DNA of 64,000 bases from Spirochaetae bacterium HGW-Spirochaetae-1 (GTDB lineage: Bacteria > Spirochaetota > UBA4802 > UBA5550), in NCBI GenBank assembly GCA_002839375.1, contig PGXY01000004.1:51612-115611 (forward strand). The letters are read 5' to 3'. The notes under the pieces were generated by a model. The model had not been told where the DNA came from, made no database searches, and worked only from the letters and a program-made list of their open reading frames with translations. Below, one piece after another: positions 1 to 9,375 of this stretch (positions are counted from its first letter, which is position 1; each line of letters opens with the position of its first letter). The translations under genes and the position numbers were made by a program.

Positions 1-366
1 GATCCATTCCCCGCTGGCAAGCTTCGGTATATATTTCTTCTTCTGAGCGTCAGTGCCGTTTTTGTAAATGGTGTCCGCGCATAGATATGTGTGTGCACCA
101 AGGGCCAAGAGGTGCCCCTGATCCACACCGGCATGACCCAGGGCCTCGCCCGACAGACAGCAGGTGACGACATCAGCGCCCGAGCCGCCCAGTTCCTCCG
201 GGAACGGCAGGCCCAGGAGGCCCATGGCGCCCAGTTTCCGCCACACCTCCATCGAAAACTCGGACTTGAGATCCGCCTCTTCGACGAGCGGCGCTATCTC
301 CTTTTTCGCATAGCGATACACGCTGTCCCTGAACATCAATTGTTCTTCAGTAAATCCGAACTCCAT
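1..366 (-). CDS. acyl-CoA dehydrogenase, N-terminal part (gene continues beyond the window start)
   Basis: Minus-strand translation from the ATG at 366 gives MEFGFTEEQLMFRDSVYRYAKKEIAPLVEEADLKSEF..LGLPFPEELGGSG, a typical ACAD N-terminal alpha-domain. A GAAGGAGG SD precedes the ATG. Confidence 0.7.
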   Translation of the reverse strand, partial: MEFGFTEEQLMFRDSVYRYAKKEIAPLVEEADLKSEFSMEVWRKLGAMGLLGLPFPEELGGSGADVVTCCLSGEALGHAGVDQGHLLALGAHTYLCADTIYKNGTDAQKKKYIPKLASGEWI

Positions 367-398
367 CGGCGCCTCCTTCTATAATAGCTGTACAGTTG

Positions 399-1826
399 TT
401 ACTTTTTCCCCAGTCCCATAATAAGACGGGCCTCAGCCGGCGTTGCGATGAGTCGCCCCAGGTTGTCGGCTATACTTGCGGCCACTTCAACAAGCTCATA
501 GCTTCCTTTTGCAAGTTCTCCGTTAGGCATGCGGATATTATCCTCCAGACCGACCCTCATGTGTCCACCCAGCAGGCAAGACTGCATAATGGCCGGGAAC
601 TCATCGGTGCCGACACCGCAAGTAGTGAAGTTCGCCCTCAACGGCAACGCATTCATGAGTGCAACAAAGGATTCAGCCCTGAAGGACTGCCCGCCGGCGA
701 CGCCCCAGACGAAGTTAAAATTCATTGGGTCCGTGAAAAAACCCTGCTTTGCGATCAGCATGGTGTTGTCAAAGCCGCCCATGTCGTAGACTTCGATTTC
801 AGGCTTAACGCCGTTTTCCTCCATGGCCCTGCCGAAATCCTGCAGCATGGTGAAGGTGTTCTCGAATACGAAATCGATGAAGATCTTGCCGGTCTTTCGA
901 TCGACTATGCTGAAATTCATCGTATTGGTGTTCAGGGAAGCCATCTCAGGCTTGATCGCCACGATCTGGCTGATCCGCTGCTCGGCTGTCTTCCCCATAC
1001 CAACGGCGGAACTCAGGTTCACGATAAGCTCCGGACACCGGTCCTTGATCGCATCATGCGTTGCCCTGATCCTGTCATGGTCATGGGTAGGCGTCCCATT
1101 GTCCATCCGGGCGTGTACATGCACCATCGCGGCCCCTGCCTTCCAGCACTTGTATGCCTCGTCGGCAAACTCCGCCGGCGTGTAAGGCACGTTCGGGTTC
1201 TGATTCTTCATGGTTGCAGCGCCGGTCAGCGCAGCGGTAATAATAACCGGTTTCGATATATCCGGTTTCCCCCATTTACGTTTCTCTTGAGTTTCCTTTT
1301 CATCCTTAGCAGTCCACTGTTTTCTGGGAGGCTGCGCCGGACGTTCAGAAACTTTCGGTTTTTTCTCTGCCGGTTTGAAGTGATCGATATCGAGGATCGT
1401 GTTTGTCGCCTGTGCGGCGAATACCGCCTCCACGTTCATCCCGATCTTCACGTCTTCAATGCTGCATTCTTCGAGAATATGCATGAAGGGAGTGTCGGCG
1501 CCGTCCAGCTTAATGAGCGCCATTACAAAAGGCGCCTTGCGCGGCAGGTGCTTGTCGTCATACCGCACCACGGTGAAACCAACTACCGTTCCCGTGTTTC
1601 CGAGCTCGATCCAGTTGTCCCGTATGTCGGTAAAATCCTTATTGCACACCTGCCGGGGCGGTATGAAAACCGTGTTACAGGTGGGGCACTTTACACCCAT
1701 AATTTTTTTCTTGTCACGGAGAGTGGTGATGAATTTACTGCCCACACGTCCGGCGAAATATGAATAGGGGAGCGCGAGTTTTCCTTCAAAAATAAGGCAA
1801 TCCTTGTTATCCTTCTGCTGACTCAT
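399..1826 (-). CDS. fusion protein: N-terminal DUF35 (Zn-ribbon plus OB-fold) with a C-terminal BKACE/DUF849 (3-keto-5-aminohexanoate cleavage enzyme-like) TIM barrel
   Basis: 475 aa. The N-terminus has CPTCNTVF..VCNKDF (rubredoxin-like ribbon) followed by an OB-fold-like GTVVGFTVV...KIGMNVEAVF. The C-terminus has ITAALTGA...VHVHARM..THDHD and EIEVYDMGG, typical of the beta-keto acid cleavage enzyme family. Confidence 0.7.
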   Translation of the reverse strand: MSQQKDNKDCLIFEGKLALPYSYFAGRVGSKFITTLRDKKKIMGVKCPTCNTVFIPPRQVCNKDFTDIRDNWIELGNTGTVVGFTVVRYDDKHLPRKAPFVMALIKLDGADTPFMHILEECSIEDVKIGMNVEAVFAAQATNTILDIDHFKPAEKKPKVSERPAQPPRKQWTAKDEKETQEKRKWGKPDISKPVIITAALTGAATMKNQNPNVPYTPAEFADEAYKCWKAGAAMVHVHARMDNGTPTHDHDRIRATHDAIKDRCPELIVNLSSAVGMGKTAEQRISQIVAIKPEMASLNTNTMNFSIVDRKTGKIFIDFVFENTFTMLQDFGRAMEENGVKPEIEVYDMGGFDNTMLIAKQGFFTDPMNFNFVWGVAGGQSFRAESFVALMNALPLRANFTTCGVGTDEFPAIMQSCLLGGHMRVGLEDNIRMPNGELAKGSYELVEVAASIADNLGRLIATPAEARLIMGLGKK

Positions 1827-1837
1827 CGTTTCTCTCC

Positions 1838-3028
1838 TTACTCGTCTATCTCAAAATAATTAATATCGTAAATACTGCCGACACGCTTCTCATTCCAGAC
1901 GGGGCGCACCCTCGTACCGGACTTTTTGTTGCGGCCACCCTGTATTCTATCTATCTGGTCCCTCCTGATAAGGTGCATGAAGATGTCATTGCCCTTGCAC
2001 CCATCCAGCAGAATAAAACCCATTCCATAGGGAGTCTCGCGGGTCTCTCCGGTGAGGGGATCCGGGCTCGCGTAGTAAACATATTCCATGTATCGAACCT
2101 GACCCTTTGGCCCCACTTCCACGAAATCATTCACGCGCACCCGGCATTCAGCACACATTTCCCGCGGCGGCAGCTGCATTCTGCCGCATTTCGGGCACTG
2201 ATTGGCCAGTATCTTTTTATCCTTCAGTCCGTTCAGAAATTTCCCCATGATTGCTCCGCTGGCGAAGCGCTGGTTGACGGAAATCGTCTTCTTGAGTACA
2301 ATGAGTTCCTGTTCCGGTTCCCCGCCCGCTGCCGGATCAACATATTTCTCGAAATAATCGCCCCACTTCATGGCCAGGTTGAGATCGCCGATTGCGGCAC
2401 CGCGTCCCGCGGCGAGCAGGCTTTGCGCGTCATTTTTCCCGAGGATCATGTCCACATAGTCCTTAGCATCAATCATCTCGATCGTAACTGTCGTTTTTCC
2501 CTCGATACCATCAACAACCTTGCAGGTCTTGTTTTTTATAAAGACCGACCATTTCCCGCCATCATCGCCGCCAAGGTCAAATCCATAGACCACATCAAGG
2601 CCTTCCGCTGCCTCGACCTTGAACCTGCTTTCCACAGTGCTGAACATGTCGATGAGATAATCGCGAACCGACATTTCCTTTTTTATAGGAATGAATTTGC
2701 GGAACATCTTTCCTGTCTTGCCGAACACCGCCATGTCGCCATCGACTTTTATTTTGCCGCCCATGAAGGCATTCGTCGCGTCAACCTTGCCGGCATTAAC
2801 GCCGACAAAGGTTTCACCATCGGCGATCATGACCGCTGCGCAACCCGAAAGACTGTCAATTTTTTCCACCGCGGCAAGTGCGCCGTTATATACGCTCACC
2901 TTCCACTTGCCCTCTCCCGCAATATCATACCCGATTGATCCGTTCAGACCCGCGGCGCCCTCGGGCCTGAATCGTTCCTTCATGGACTTGAATATATCTT
3001 CTACCTTTATTCCCCAGTACTCCGTCAT
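1838..3028 (-). CDS. fusion protein: N-terminal SCP2 sterol-carrier domain with a C-terminal DUF35 (Zn-ribbon plus OB-fold)
   Basis: The start was chosen at MTEYWG (ATG at 3028), preceded by AGGAGGG. SCP2-like GLNGSIGYDIAGEGKWKV...GKIKVDGDMAVFGK. The C-terminal CPKCGRMQLPPREMCAEC plus OB region is the DUF35 signature. Confidence 0.7.
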   Translation of the reverse strand: MTEYWGIKVEDIFKSMKERFRPEGAAGLNGSIGYDIAGEGKWKVSVYNGALAAVEKIDSLSGCAAVMIADGETFVGVNAGKVDATNAFMGGKIKVDGDMAVFGKTGKMFRKFIPIKKEMSVRDYLIDMFSTVESRFKVEAAEGLDVVYGFDLGGDDGGKWSVFIKNKTCKVVDGIEGKTTVTIEMIDAKDYVDMILGKNDAQSLLAAGRGAAIGDLNLAMKWGDYFEKYVDPAAGGEPEQELIVLKKTISVNQRFASGAIMGKFLNGLKDKKILANQCPKCGRMQLPPREMCAECRVRVNDFVEVGPKGQVRYMEYVYYASPDPLTGETRETPYGMGFILLDGCKGNDIFMHLIRRDQIDRIQGGRNKKSGTRVRPVWNEKRVGSIYDINYFEIDE

Positions 3029-3038
3029 AGTTTCCCTC

Positions 3039-4238
3039 CTACCAGTTAAGTTCCTTTTCAAGCATCATAAGAACCGTCCACAATGTACCGCCAAATCCCG
3101 ATGCCAGGGCATGATTCACCGGCTTTGGTATCTGGTGCGCGCCGGCGTCACCACGAACCTGTAGCGCGGCCTCAGCGACACGCAGCAACGCTGTCGCGCC
3201 GATCGGATTTGAAGCAGTTACGCCGCCTGACGGATTGACGGGTATTTTACCGCCGATCATGATATCCTTGTTTTCGACAAGCTTTATGTGTTCATCGTCA
3301 TTGAGCTGCAAGAAATCACGCAGCCAGTCGACCGCCCACCATGAAGCCGGATCGTACATTTCAAACACATCAAAATAATCAATTGGATTGGTTATGCCAT
3401 TCCTTTTGTACAGGTTTTCCGCGGCGAAGCGTTGGGTCTGTGTTACCGGATACTCATCATCATAGCCGAAAACATTGAATATTTCCTCTCGGTGTACGGT
3501 GATGTGGTCGCGTATCCATACCGGCTTTTTGGAAAGTTCCTTCGCCTTTTTCTCGCACGCGAATATTACGCAGCACGCCCCGTCGGACTGGGAGCACATT
3601 TCGATGAGTTTCAGGTCGCCAACGAGCTTGGGCGATGATTTTATCAGGTCATCGATCTGCTCGAACTCAAGGCCGAAGGACCGGTGAGCGTTCGGATTAA
3701 GTCCGGCGTGTTTATCCATGATTACTCGGTACATGAGAGAGGCGCGTTTCGCCCGTTCCTCTCCGAACTCCGTTATAAGCTCATATGCCTTAGAACCGGT
3801 CAGAGCGCCTGTCTGCAGATTCCTGAACCAAAGCGGGTCAGCCATATTGGTGATTCCGCCGGTAGTATGCCCCTCCTGCTGCTTCTCGAAGCCGATGGCC
3901 ATAACAATATCATACATTCCTGATGCGACGAGGTTATCCGAGGCGCAGGCCAGGGTGATGCCGACAGTACCGCCGGTTGTTATTCTGATGCAATTCTTAC
4001 CCTCAGCCCCGGTCCCAAGAGTGTGCCACAGGTCCGGCTGGTGGACCATCTCGAAGAGCTCCATGTTGCCGTGCACCACGCAATCGATATCGCCGATATT
4101 CAGATTGGCGTCCTTGAGGGCGGCACGGACCGCTTCGTGAATCATTTCGGGCTGGTTCACATCCTCGCGATGGCTGGAGTGTTTAGTCTGCCCGATACCT
4201 ATTATTCCAACATTATTGTGTTTTTTTCTATGCGCCAT
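3039..4238 (-). CDS. thiolase-like protein (SCP-x / DUF35-associated thiolase type)
   Basis: 399 aa with the thiolase fold pattern: N-terminal GIIGIGQTKH, an active-site-like C in ...ITTGGTVGITLACASD, and C-terminal NPSGGVTASNPIGATA. Sits directly downstream of the two DUF35 genes. Confidence 0.7.
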   Translation of the reverse strand: MAHRKKHNNVGIIGIGQTKHSSHREDVNQPEMIHEAVRAALKDANLNIGDIDCVVHGNMELFEMVHQPDLWHTLGTGAEGKNCIRITTGGTVGITLACASDNLVASGMYDIVMAIGFEKQQEGHTTGGITNMADPLWFRNLQTGALTGSKAYELITEFGEERAKRASLMYRVIMDKHAGLNPNAHRSFGLEFEQIDDLIKSSPKLVGDLKLIEMCSQSDGACCVIFACEKKAKELSKKPVWIRDHITVHREEIFNVFGYDDEYPVTQTQRFAAENLYKRNGITNPIDYFDVFEMYDPASWWAVDWLRDFLQLNDDEHIKLVENKDIMIGGKIPVNPSGGVTASNPIGATALLRVAEAALQVRGDAGAHQIPKPVNHALASGFGGTLWTVLMMLEKELNW

Positions 4239-4249
4239 GATTCAATCTC

Positions 4250-5395
4250 CTAACTTTCCATGATGACAACAGCCTGGTGCTGCCCGGCACCGCCGTAGGC
4301 TGCCTGCGCAAGGGCCCGTTTCGCCCCTTTAACCTGGCGCTCTCCCGCTTCGCCCCTCAATTGCAGAAAACACTCTATGGCACGCGCCGCTCCCCCGAGA
4401 AGAAGAGGATTGCCATTCAGATGCCCACCGGCACAATTCACATTAAACCTATCCGGTCCGCCTTCTTCAAGCCATGCCCCACCCTTGCCTTCATCGACAA
4501 GACCGACACCTTCAGCCCACATGGGAAGCTGATATGCCGCATGGTCGCTAAGCTCAAACAGGTTAATATTCTTACGGATATCACTGATGTCGGCCATCCG
4601 GCAAGCCCGATCAGTCGCACTCACAAGGGCCCTGTTAGATGCAATATCTTTATCACCGAGAAAATAGGCATCCATGCAACTCCCGTATCCCGTTATCCAT
4701 ACCGGCTTTTCCGTAAACTCCTTTACCCGCTCTTCGCAGCAGAGGAGCATGCCATAGGCCCAGTCGGTGACGGGATAATAATGCATTTCCCGTATGGGGT
4801 CTGCAAGCATTGGAGATTTCATGACCTCTTTTGCATCAACCAGCCTGTTTACGCGTGCGTAGGGATCTTTTTGAGCGTTTTTCCGCGACCGCGCCACGAT
4901 TTTTGCCAGCTGTTCATCGGTGACCCCGGACTTTTCCATATATGCCCGCGCCTGTATGGCGTCAACGTTCAGGAAATCCATTCCAAGCGGGCGGCAATAA
5001 AACGGATCGAATGCAAGATTGGTACACATCAGTCGGCTCTCTGCCTGTGATTCCTTGCAATGGCCCATATAGAGAATCATGTCGTCATGACCGCTCAGAA
5101 TGCTCGCCATCGCATAGCCAAGGCCGTTAATGCTTTCCTGCGCTATCTTTTCCTCGCCGCGGAAATGAGCTCCGACAACGTCCGTGACGCCGTTGTCGGA
5201 TATTGTTCTCGCGTCAAACACGTCATCGGAGCAGGTGACTATGTTTCTGATTCCTTTCTCCATGTCGAAGGTGACCCCGGTTTGCTTTATAATTGATTCA
5301 AAGCATTCGATCAGCATATTCTGAAAACGCATCGATACATAGTCGGGGTCATGTTTTACCTGCGCGATAGCGCAGATCGCAACCTTTTTGCCCAT
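4250..5395 (-). CDS. second thiolase-like protein (paralogous SCP-x-type thiolase)
   Basis: MGKKVAICAIAQ...NCAGGHLNGNPLLLGGAARAIECFLQLRGEAG resembles thiolase C-terminal motifs. Tandem with the first thiolase. Confidence 0.65.
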   Translation of the reverse strand: MGKKVAICAIAQVKHDPDYVSMRFQNMLIECFESIIKQTGVTFDMEKGIRNIVTCSDDVFDARTISDNGVTDVVGAHFRGEEKIAQESINGLGYAMASILSGHDDMILYMGHCKESQAESRLMCTNLAFDPFYCRPLGMDFLNVDAIQARAYMEKSGVTDEQLAKIVARSRKNAQKDPYARVNRLVDAKEVMKSPMLADPIREMHYYPVTDWAYGMLLCCEERVKEFTEKPVWITGYGSCMDAYFLGDKDIASNRALVSATDRACRMADISDIRKNINLFELSDHAAYQLPMWAEGVGLVDEGKGGAWLEEGGPDRFNVNCAGGHLNGNPLLLGGAARAIECFLQLRGEAGERQVKGAKRALAQAAYGGAGQHQAVVIMES

Positions 5396-5580
5396 TATCA
5401 CTCCTCCTGTTATCATACTGGTGATCAGCCAGCAATTGGCTAACCATCCAATTAATATCCAAAAATATTGAAGCCTCTAATGATCATTCTTTGCACTAAG
5501 GCTCTGAAGTATGTTGAAAATACCCTTAATGTTTGATTTTAAATAAATTATTCTTTAAATCAATAAATTGTTATTTACTT

Positions 5581-5641
5581 ATGTTAATGATATATATAAT
5601 GTTAATCATTAATTAATATTGTTAATGTTATTCAACAATGT
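5581..5641. promoter_or_regulatory. AT-rich divergent promoter region with three TGTTAAT-containing direct repeats (candidate operator sites)
   Basis: ATGTTAATGAT at 5581, ATGTTAATCAT at 5600 and TTGTTAATGTT at 5619 lie in the 305-bp gap between the divergent thiolase operon and the fadD-like gene. A GGGGGG SD precedes the ATG at 5722. Confidence 0.25.
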
Positions 5642-5721
5642 AAACGTCATTCACAACTATTTAATAATTGTCAAGAATATTTTTATAGGTATCCAAATAT
5701 AATAACTTAGGGGGGAAATTT

Positions 5722-7515
5722 ATGTACAAGCTTGATAAACCGGATAACCTGGTTGAAATGCTCGAGGAAAGCATAGCCCGATACAGTTCTAATGAATGGT
5801 TCGGGGTAAAAAGTAAAGATAATACTTATAAGTGGTACACCTATAAGGAAATAGGGGAAAGAATCGATAATCTCAGGGGTGGTCTGGGATATCTGGGTAT
5901 CGGGAACGGCGATGCTGTCGGCATTATATCGAACAACAGGGTCGAATGGGCCATCGCCTGTTATGCAACATACGGTCTTCGCGCCCGGTTTGTGCCCATG
6001 TATGAAGCTGAACTCGTTTCAACGTGGGAATATATTATCAGAGACAGCAACATAAAAGTGCTGTTTGTTTCCAAGCAGGAAATATACGACAAAATCCAAC
6101 ATCTGCTGCACGGCGCTTCAGACCTCGTACATATTATACTTATAGATGGAGATGTAGAGGGATCAATAGCTGAGCTCGAAAGAACGGGGAAGAAATATCC
6201 CATGAAATCGATCATCCCCCATCCAGATGACATTGCGGGATTAATCTATACCTCGGGAACAACGGGGGATCCAAAGGGAGTGCTCCTTTCGCACGGAAAT
6301 ATCAGCAGCAATATTCACGCAATACTGAAAAGCTTCCATGTTTTAAATGAAAAAGACCGAACGCTTTCATTCCTCCCCTGGGCACATTCATACGGCCAGG
6401 TCTGTGAACTCCATACCATTATGCGCCTCGGTGCCTCATACGGGCTTGCCGAAAGCCCGGCCACTATCGTCAATGACCTGGCTCTCATCCGACCGACGCT
6501 CCTTATATCAGTCCCGAGAATTTTTTACCGTGTATATGATGCGATTAAAGCCAAGATGAGTGAAGACGGCGGATTACCACTCCTGTTGTTTAACATGGGC
6601 GTAAAAAACGGTTTGAAAAGAAGAGAGCTTGCTCAATCAGGGAAGACAAGTATTCTCGCAACTATTGCCTTTACCATCGCGGATAAGCTTGTGTTTACAA
6701 AAATCCGTGATAAATTCGGAGGACGCCTGAAAGTCGCCCTAACCGGCAGCGCTGCTATCAATCCGCAGATCGCGGAATTCTTCAGCATTGTCGGAGTCCC
6801 CCTTTACGAAGCCTTTGGTATGACCGAGGCGTCACCGGGTGTAGCGACCAACACGCCCGATTATAATAAATTCGGCAGCTGCGGAAAGGCCTTTGACATG
6901 GTGACCCTCGTTATTGACAGATCAAACGAAAACGAGGAAGGGAAGGAAGGCGAGCTCATCATTTACGGCCCCAATGTCATGAAAGGATACCATAATAAGC
7001 CGGAAGCGACAAAGGATGTATTGACTGAAGACGGCGGCCTGCGCACCGGCGACCGGGCCTTTATTGATGAGGAAGGATTCATGTATATCACCGGACGGAT
7101 AAAGGAATCCTTTAAACTGGAAAATGGTAAATATATTTTCCCGGCCTCCATTGAGGCGGAAATAATGATGAATAAATATGTAGAACAGGCAATGATATGC
7201 GGACTCAACAAACCCTACCCCGTCTGTATTATCGTACCCGATTTCAACATTCTCGAGAAATATGCCGGTGAAAACAATCTGAGTGCGGATCATGAAAAAA
7301 TGATACGCCAGGATGAAATTACATCATTAATCAAAAAGGAAATAACACAACAGATTGCCGGCAAAGTCGGGTCCTACGAAATGCCCAGAAGATTTTTGAT
7401 TCTACAGGACGTATTTAGTGTTGACAACGGTATGCTCACTCAATCGTTCAAGTTGAAAAGAAAAAAAGTAATGGAGAAATACGCAGCGGAGATCGACGCC
7501 TTGTATGCCGATTGA
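5722..7515 (+). CDS. long-chain fatty acid-CoA ligase (AMP-dependent synthetase/ligase)
   Basis: 597 aa with the AMP-binding motif IYTSGTTGDPKGV, plus TGDRAF and KLKRKK near the C-terminus. Confidence 0.85.
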   Translation: MYKLDKPDNLVEMLEESIARYSSNEWFGVKSKDNTYKWYTYKEIGERIDNLRGGLGYLGIGNGDAVGIISNNRVEWAIACYATYGLRARFVPMYEAELVSTWEYIIRDSNIKVLFVSKQEIYDKIQHLLHGASDLVHIILIDGDVEGSIAELERTGKKYPMKSIIPHPDDIAGLIYTSGTTGDPKGVLLSHGNISSNIHAILKSFHVLNEKDRTLSFLPWAHSYGQVCELHTIMRLGASYGLAESPATIVNDLALIRPTLLISVPRIFYRVYDAIKAKMSEDGGLPLLLFNMGVKNGLKRRELAQSGKTSILATIAFTIADKLVFTKIRDKFGGRLKVALTGSAAINPQIAEFFSIVGVPLYEAFGMTEASPGVATNTPDYNKFGSCGKAFDMVTLVIDRSNENEEGKEGELIIYGPNVMKGYHNKPEATKDVLTEDGGLRTGDRAFIDEEGFMYITGRIKESFKLENGKYIFPASIEAEIMMNKYVEQAMICGLNKPYPVCIIVPDFNILEKYAGENNLSADHEKMIRQDEITSLIKKEITQQIAGKVGSYEMPRRFLILQDVFSVDNGMLTQSFKLKRKKVMEKYAAEIDALYAD

Positions 7516-7699
7516 TGTATCGCCCGGCGGACACTTTAGACCGTTTCGCCTTGGAGCCGCTTCCATGATTATTAACACATAACAGGCGATGATGTTTATG
7601 TTCCTGTATTAGGTGCATTTCGCGAAAACACCGTATCAAGATATTACTTGACACATCTATACTGGGTTATTCATTTGATATAACAGATGGCGGAGCGCG

Positions 7700-8326
7700 A
7701 TGAAGCAACAAAAATCTTTTTCAAATTTAAAAGAACAGGAACGGGAAAACCGGAGGAAGATAATTCTTACCGCTGCGGTCAAGGTGTTCGCCTCAAAACC
7801 TCTGAGCAAGGTACGCATGTGCGACATAGCCAACGAGGCATCGATATCAACGGCTCTCATTTACCGGTATTTTCCCGATCAGCAGACATTGTTTGTTGAG
7901 GCTTTCCTTGAGAGCACCACGAGGGTCATCGAAGTTCTCGATTCCTTTCTTGTAAACAGAGAACATGACAAGTCGGGCATTGATCACTTTATCAATTACT
8001 TCATTGACTATTTAACAGGTAACGACTACTATTTTAAAATGCTGGTCAACTTCATGCTGGACGGAAATCTCAAGCCGGAACTGCTTGATAAAATAATCGA
8101 AATAGAACATCTTATTTTCGCTAAATTTGACGCTGTGATCCGAATGGCAAAGCCCGATGGTTCTGTCAGGTTTTATTCCCACGGTCTCTTTTGCGCCCTG
8201 AGTGGAATCCTTCTGACATTCAGAAACAACCCCGGCAAAAGCAGCGAGGAAGTGATCAATTACATGAAGTCCCTGGGGCGTTTTATCGGCGAAATGTTTG
8301 TAAAGACAATCGAATCGGAAGTTTGA
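7700..8326 (+). CDS. TetR/AcrR family transcriptional regulator
   Basis: The N-terminal HTH ILTAAVKVFASKPLSKVRMCDIANEASISTALIYRYFPDQQTLF is a classic TetR_N. Confidence 0.8.
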   Translation: MKQQKSFSNLKEQERENRRKIILTAAVKVFASKPLSKVRMCDIANEASISTALIYRYFPDQQTLFVEAFLESTTRVIEVLDSFLVNREHDKSGIDHFINYFIDYLTGNDYYFKMLVNFMLDGNLKPELLDKIIEIEHLIFAKFDAVIRMAKPDGSVRFYSHGLFCALSGILLTFRNNPGKSSEEVINYMKSLGRFIGEMFVKTIESEV

Positions 8327-8475
8327 TCAAACCGGGAAAGTACCTTATAAACCGTTTTTCATTTTTCTACCCGCCCATTTTTCCAGAAATACCGATATTG
8401 CTCATTTTAAATTATGCAGTATCAATAATTAAAAAACACCGTGGATTCACCTCCCCGTTAAAATACCAATATTTC

Positions 8476-8504
8476 TTGACGCACCCCGCCTGTTTCCGTT
8501 AAAT
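8476..8504 (+). promoter_or_regulatory. sigma70-like promoter candidate upstream of xth
   Basis: TTGACG (8476-8481), a 17-bp spacer, then TTAAAT (8499-8504), about 50 nt upstream of the ATG at 8557. Confidence 0.35.
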
Positions 8505-8556
8505 AACCGGAGAGTAGTCAGAGCCCTATCGCACAAAAGTGTATACAGGAGAAGGC

Positions 8557-9315
8557 ATGAAAATAGTATCGTGGAATGTCAACGGCATGCGTGCCATTTT
8601 AAAAAAAGACTTTCTGGAATTCGTCGAACGGGAAAATGCCGACATCATCTGCGTGCAGGAGACCAAGGCCATGCCGGAGCAGGTTGACCTGAACCTCCCT
8701 GCCTATCCCTATAATTACTGGAACTGGGCGGTAAAGCGGGGCTATTCCGGCACTGCTGTTTTTTCCAAGCACAAACCGCTGAAACACATAAATGACATGG
8801 GCGTGGAAAAACACGACCATGAAGGCCGCGTCCTGGCCCTGGAATTCGAAACCTTTTTTCTCGTCAATGTGTACACGCCCAATTCCCAGCGGGGCCTGGA
8901 GCGGCTCAATTACCGGCACAATGAATGGGATGTCGACTTTCTGAACTATCTGAAAAAACTTGAGAAGAAAAAACCCGTTATCTTCTGTGGCGACCTGAAC
9001 GTGGCGCATAAGGAAATCGACCTGGCCCGGCCGAAGGACAACCGTCGCAACGCCGGTTTCACCGACGAGGAGCGGCAGGGCTTCGACAATATCATCAATG
9101 CCGGTTTCATCGATACATTCCGTGAATTCGAAAAGGAAGGCAGCCACTATACCTGGTGGAGCTACATGGGAGGGGCACGGGAGAAGAATATCGGGTGGCG
9201 TATCGATTACTTCTGCGTGTCACCTGCGTTGCGGCCGAATCTGCAGAAATCCTATATCCTGCCGGAAGTTATGGGTTCGGACCATGCGCCCGTTGTCCTG
9301 GAAATATCAATCTGA
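8557..9315 (+). CDS. xth: exodeoxyribonuclease III
   Basis: MKIVSWNVNGMRA...ICVQETK...DLNVAHKEIDL...SDHAPV is the canonical ExoIII/APE family pattern. GGAGAAGG SD. Confidence 0.9.
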   Translation: MKIVSWNVNGMRAILKKDFLEFVERENADIICVQETKAMPEQVDLNLPAYPYNYWNWAVKRGYSGTAVFSKHKPLKHINDMGVEKHDHEGRVLALEFETFFLVNVYTPNSQRGLERLNYRHNEWDVDFLNYLKKLEKKKPVIFCGDLNVAHKEIDLARPKDNRRNAGFTDEERQGFDNIINAGFIDTFREFEKEGSHYTWWSYMGGAREKNIGWRIDYFCVSPALRPNLQKSYILPEVMGSDHAPVVLEISI

Positions 9316-9323
9316 AATATTTG

Positions 9324-9353
9324 CGCAGGATATTTCCACGCCTGAAATCTGCG
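9324..9353. terminator. imperfect hairpin between convergent xth and sbcC (possible bidirectional terminator)
   Basis: CGCAGGATATTTC..GAAATCTGCG inverted repeat in the 60-bp convergent gap. Confidence 0.3.
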
Positions 9354-9375
9354 GTCCCGTTCCGCCGCTCCCCTA

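Noticed and set aside
7640-7700. TTGACA hexamer and short CAAG-N6-CTTG palindrome upstream of the TetR gene.
   Set aside because: No properly spaced -10 element could be matched and the palindrome arms are only 4 bp. There is not enough to call a promoter or operator.
8599-9147. 182-aa minus-strand ORF inside xth, and other antisense ORFs inside well-supported genes (e.g. 1973-2938, 4277-5050, 59469-60167).
   Set aside because: They are fully contained antisense to genes with strong motif support and have no RBS, so they are treated as frame shadows.
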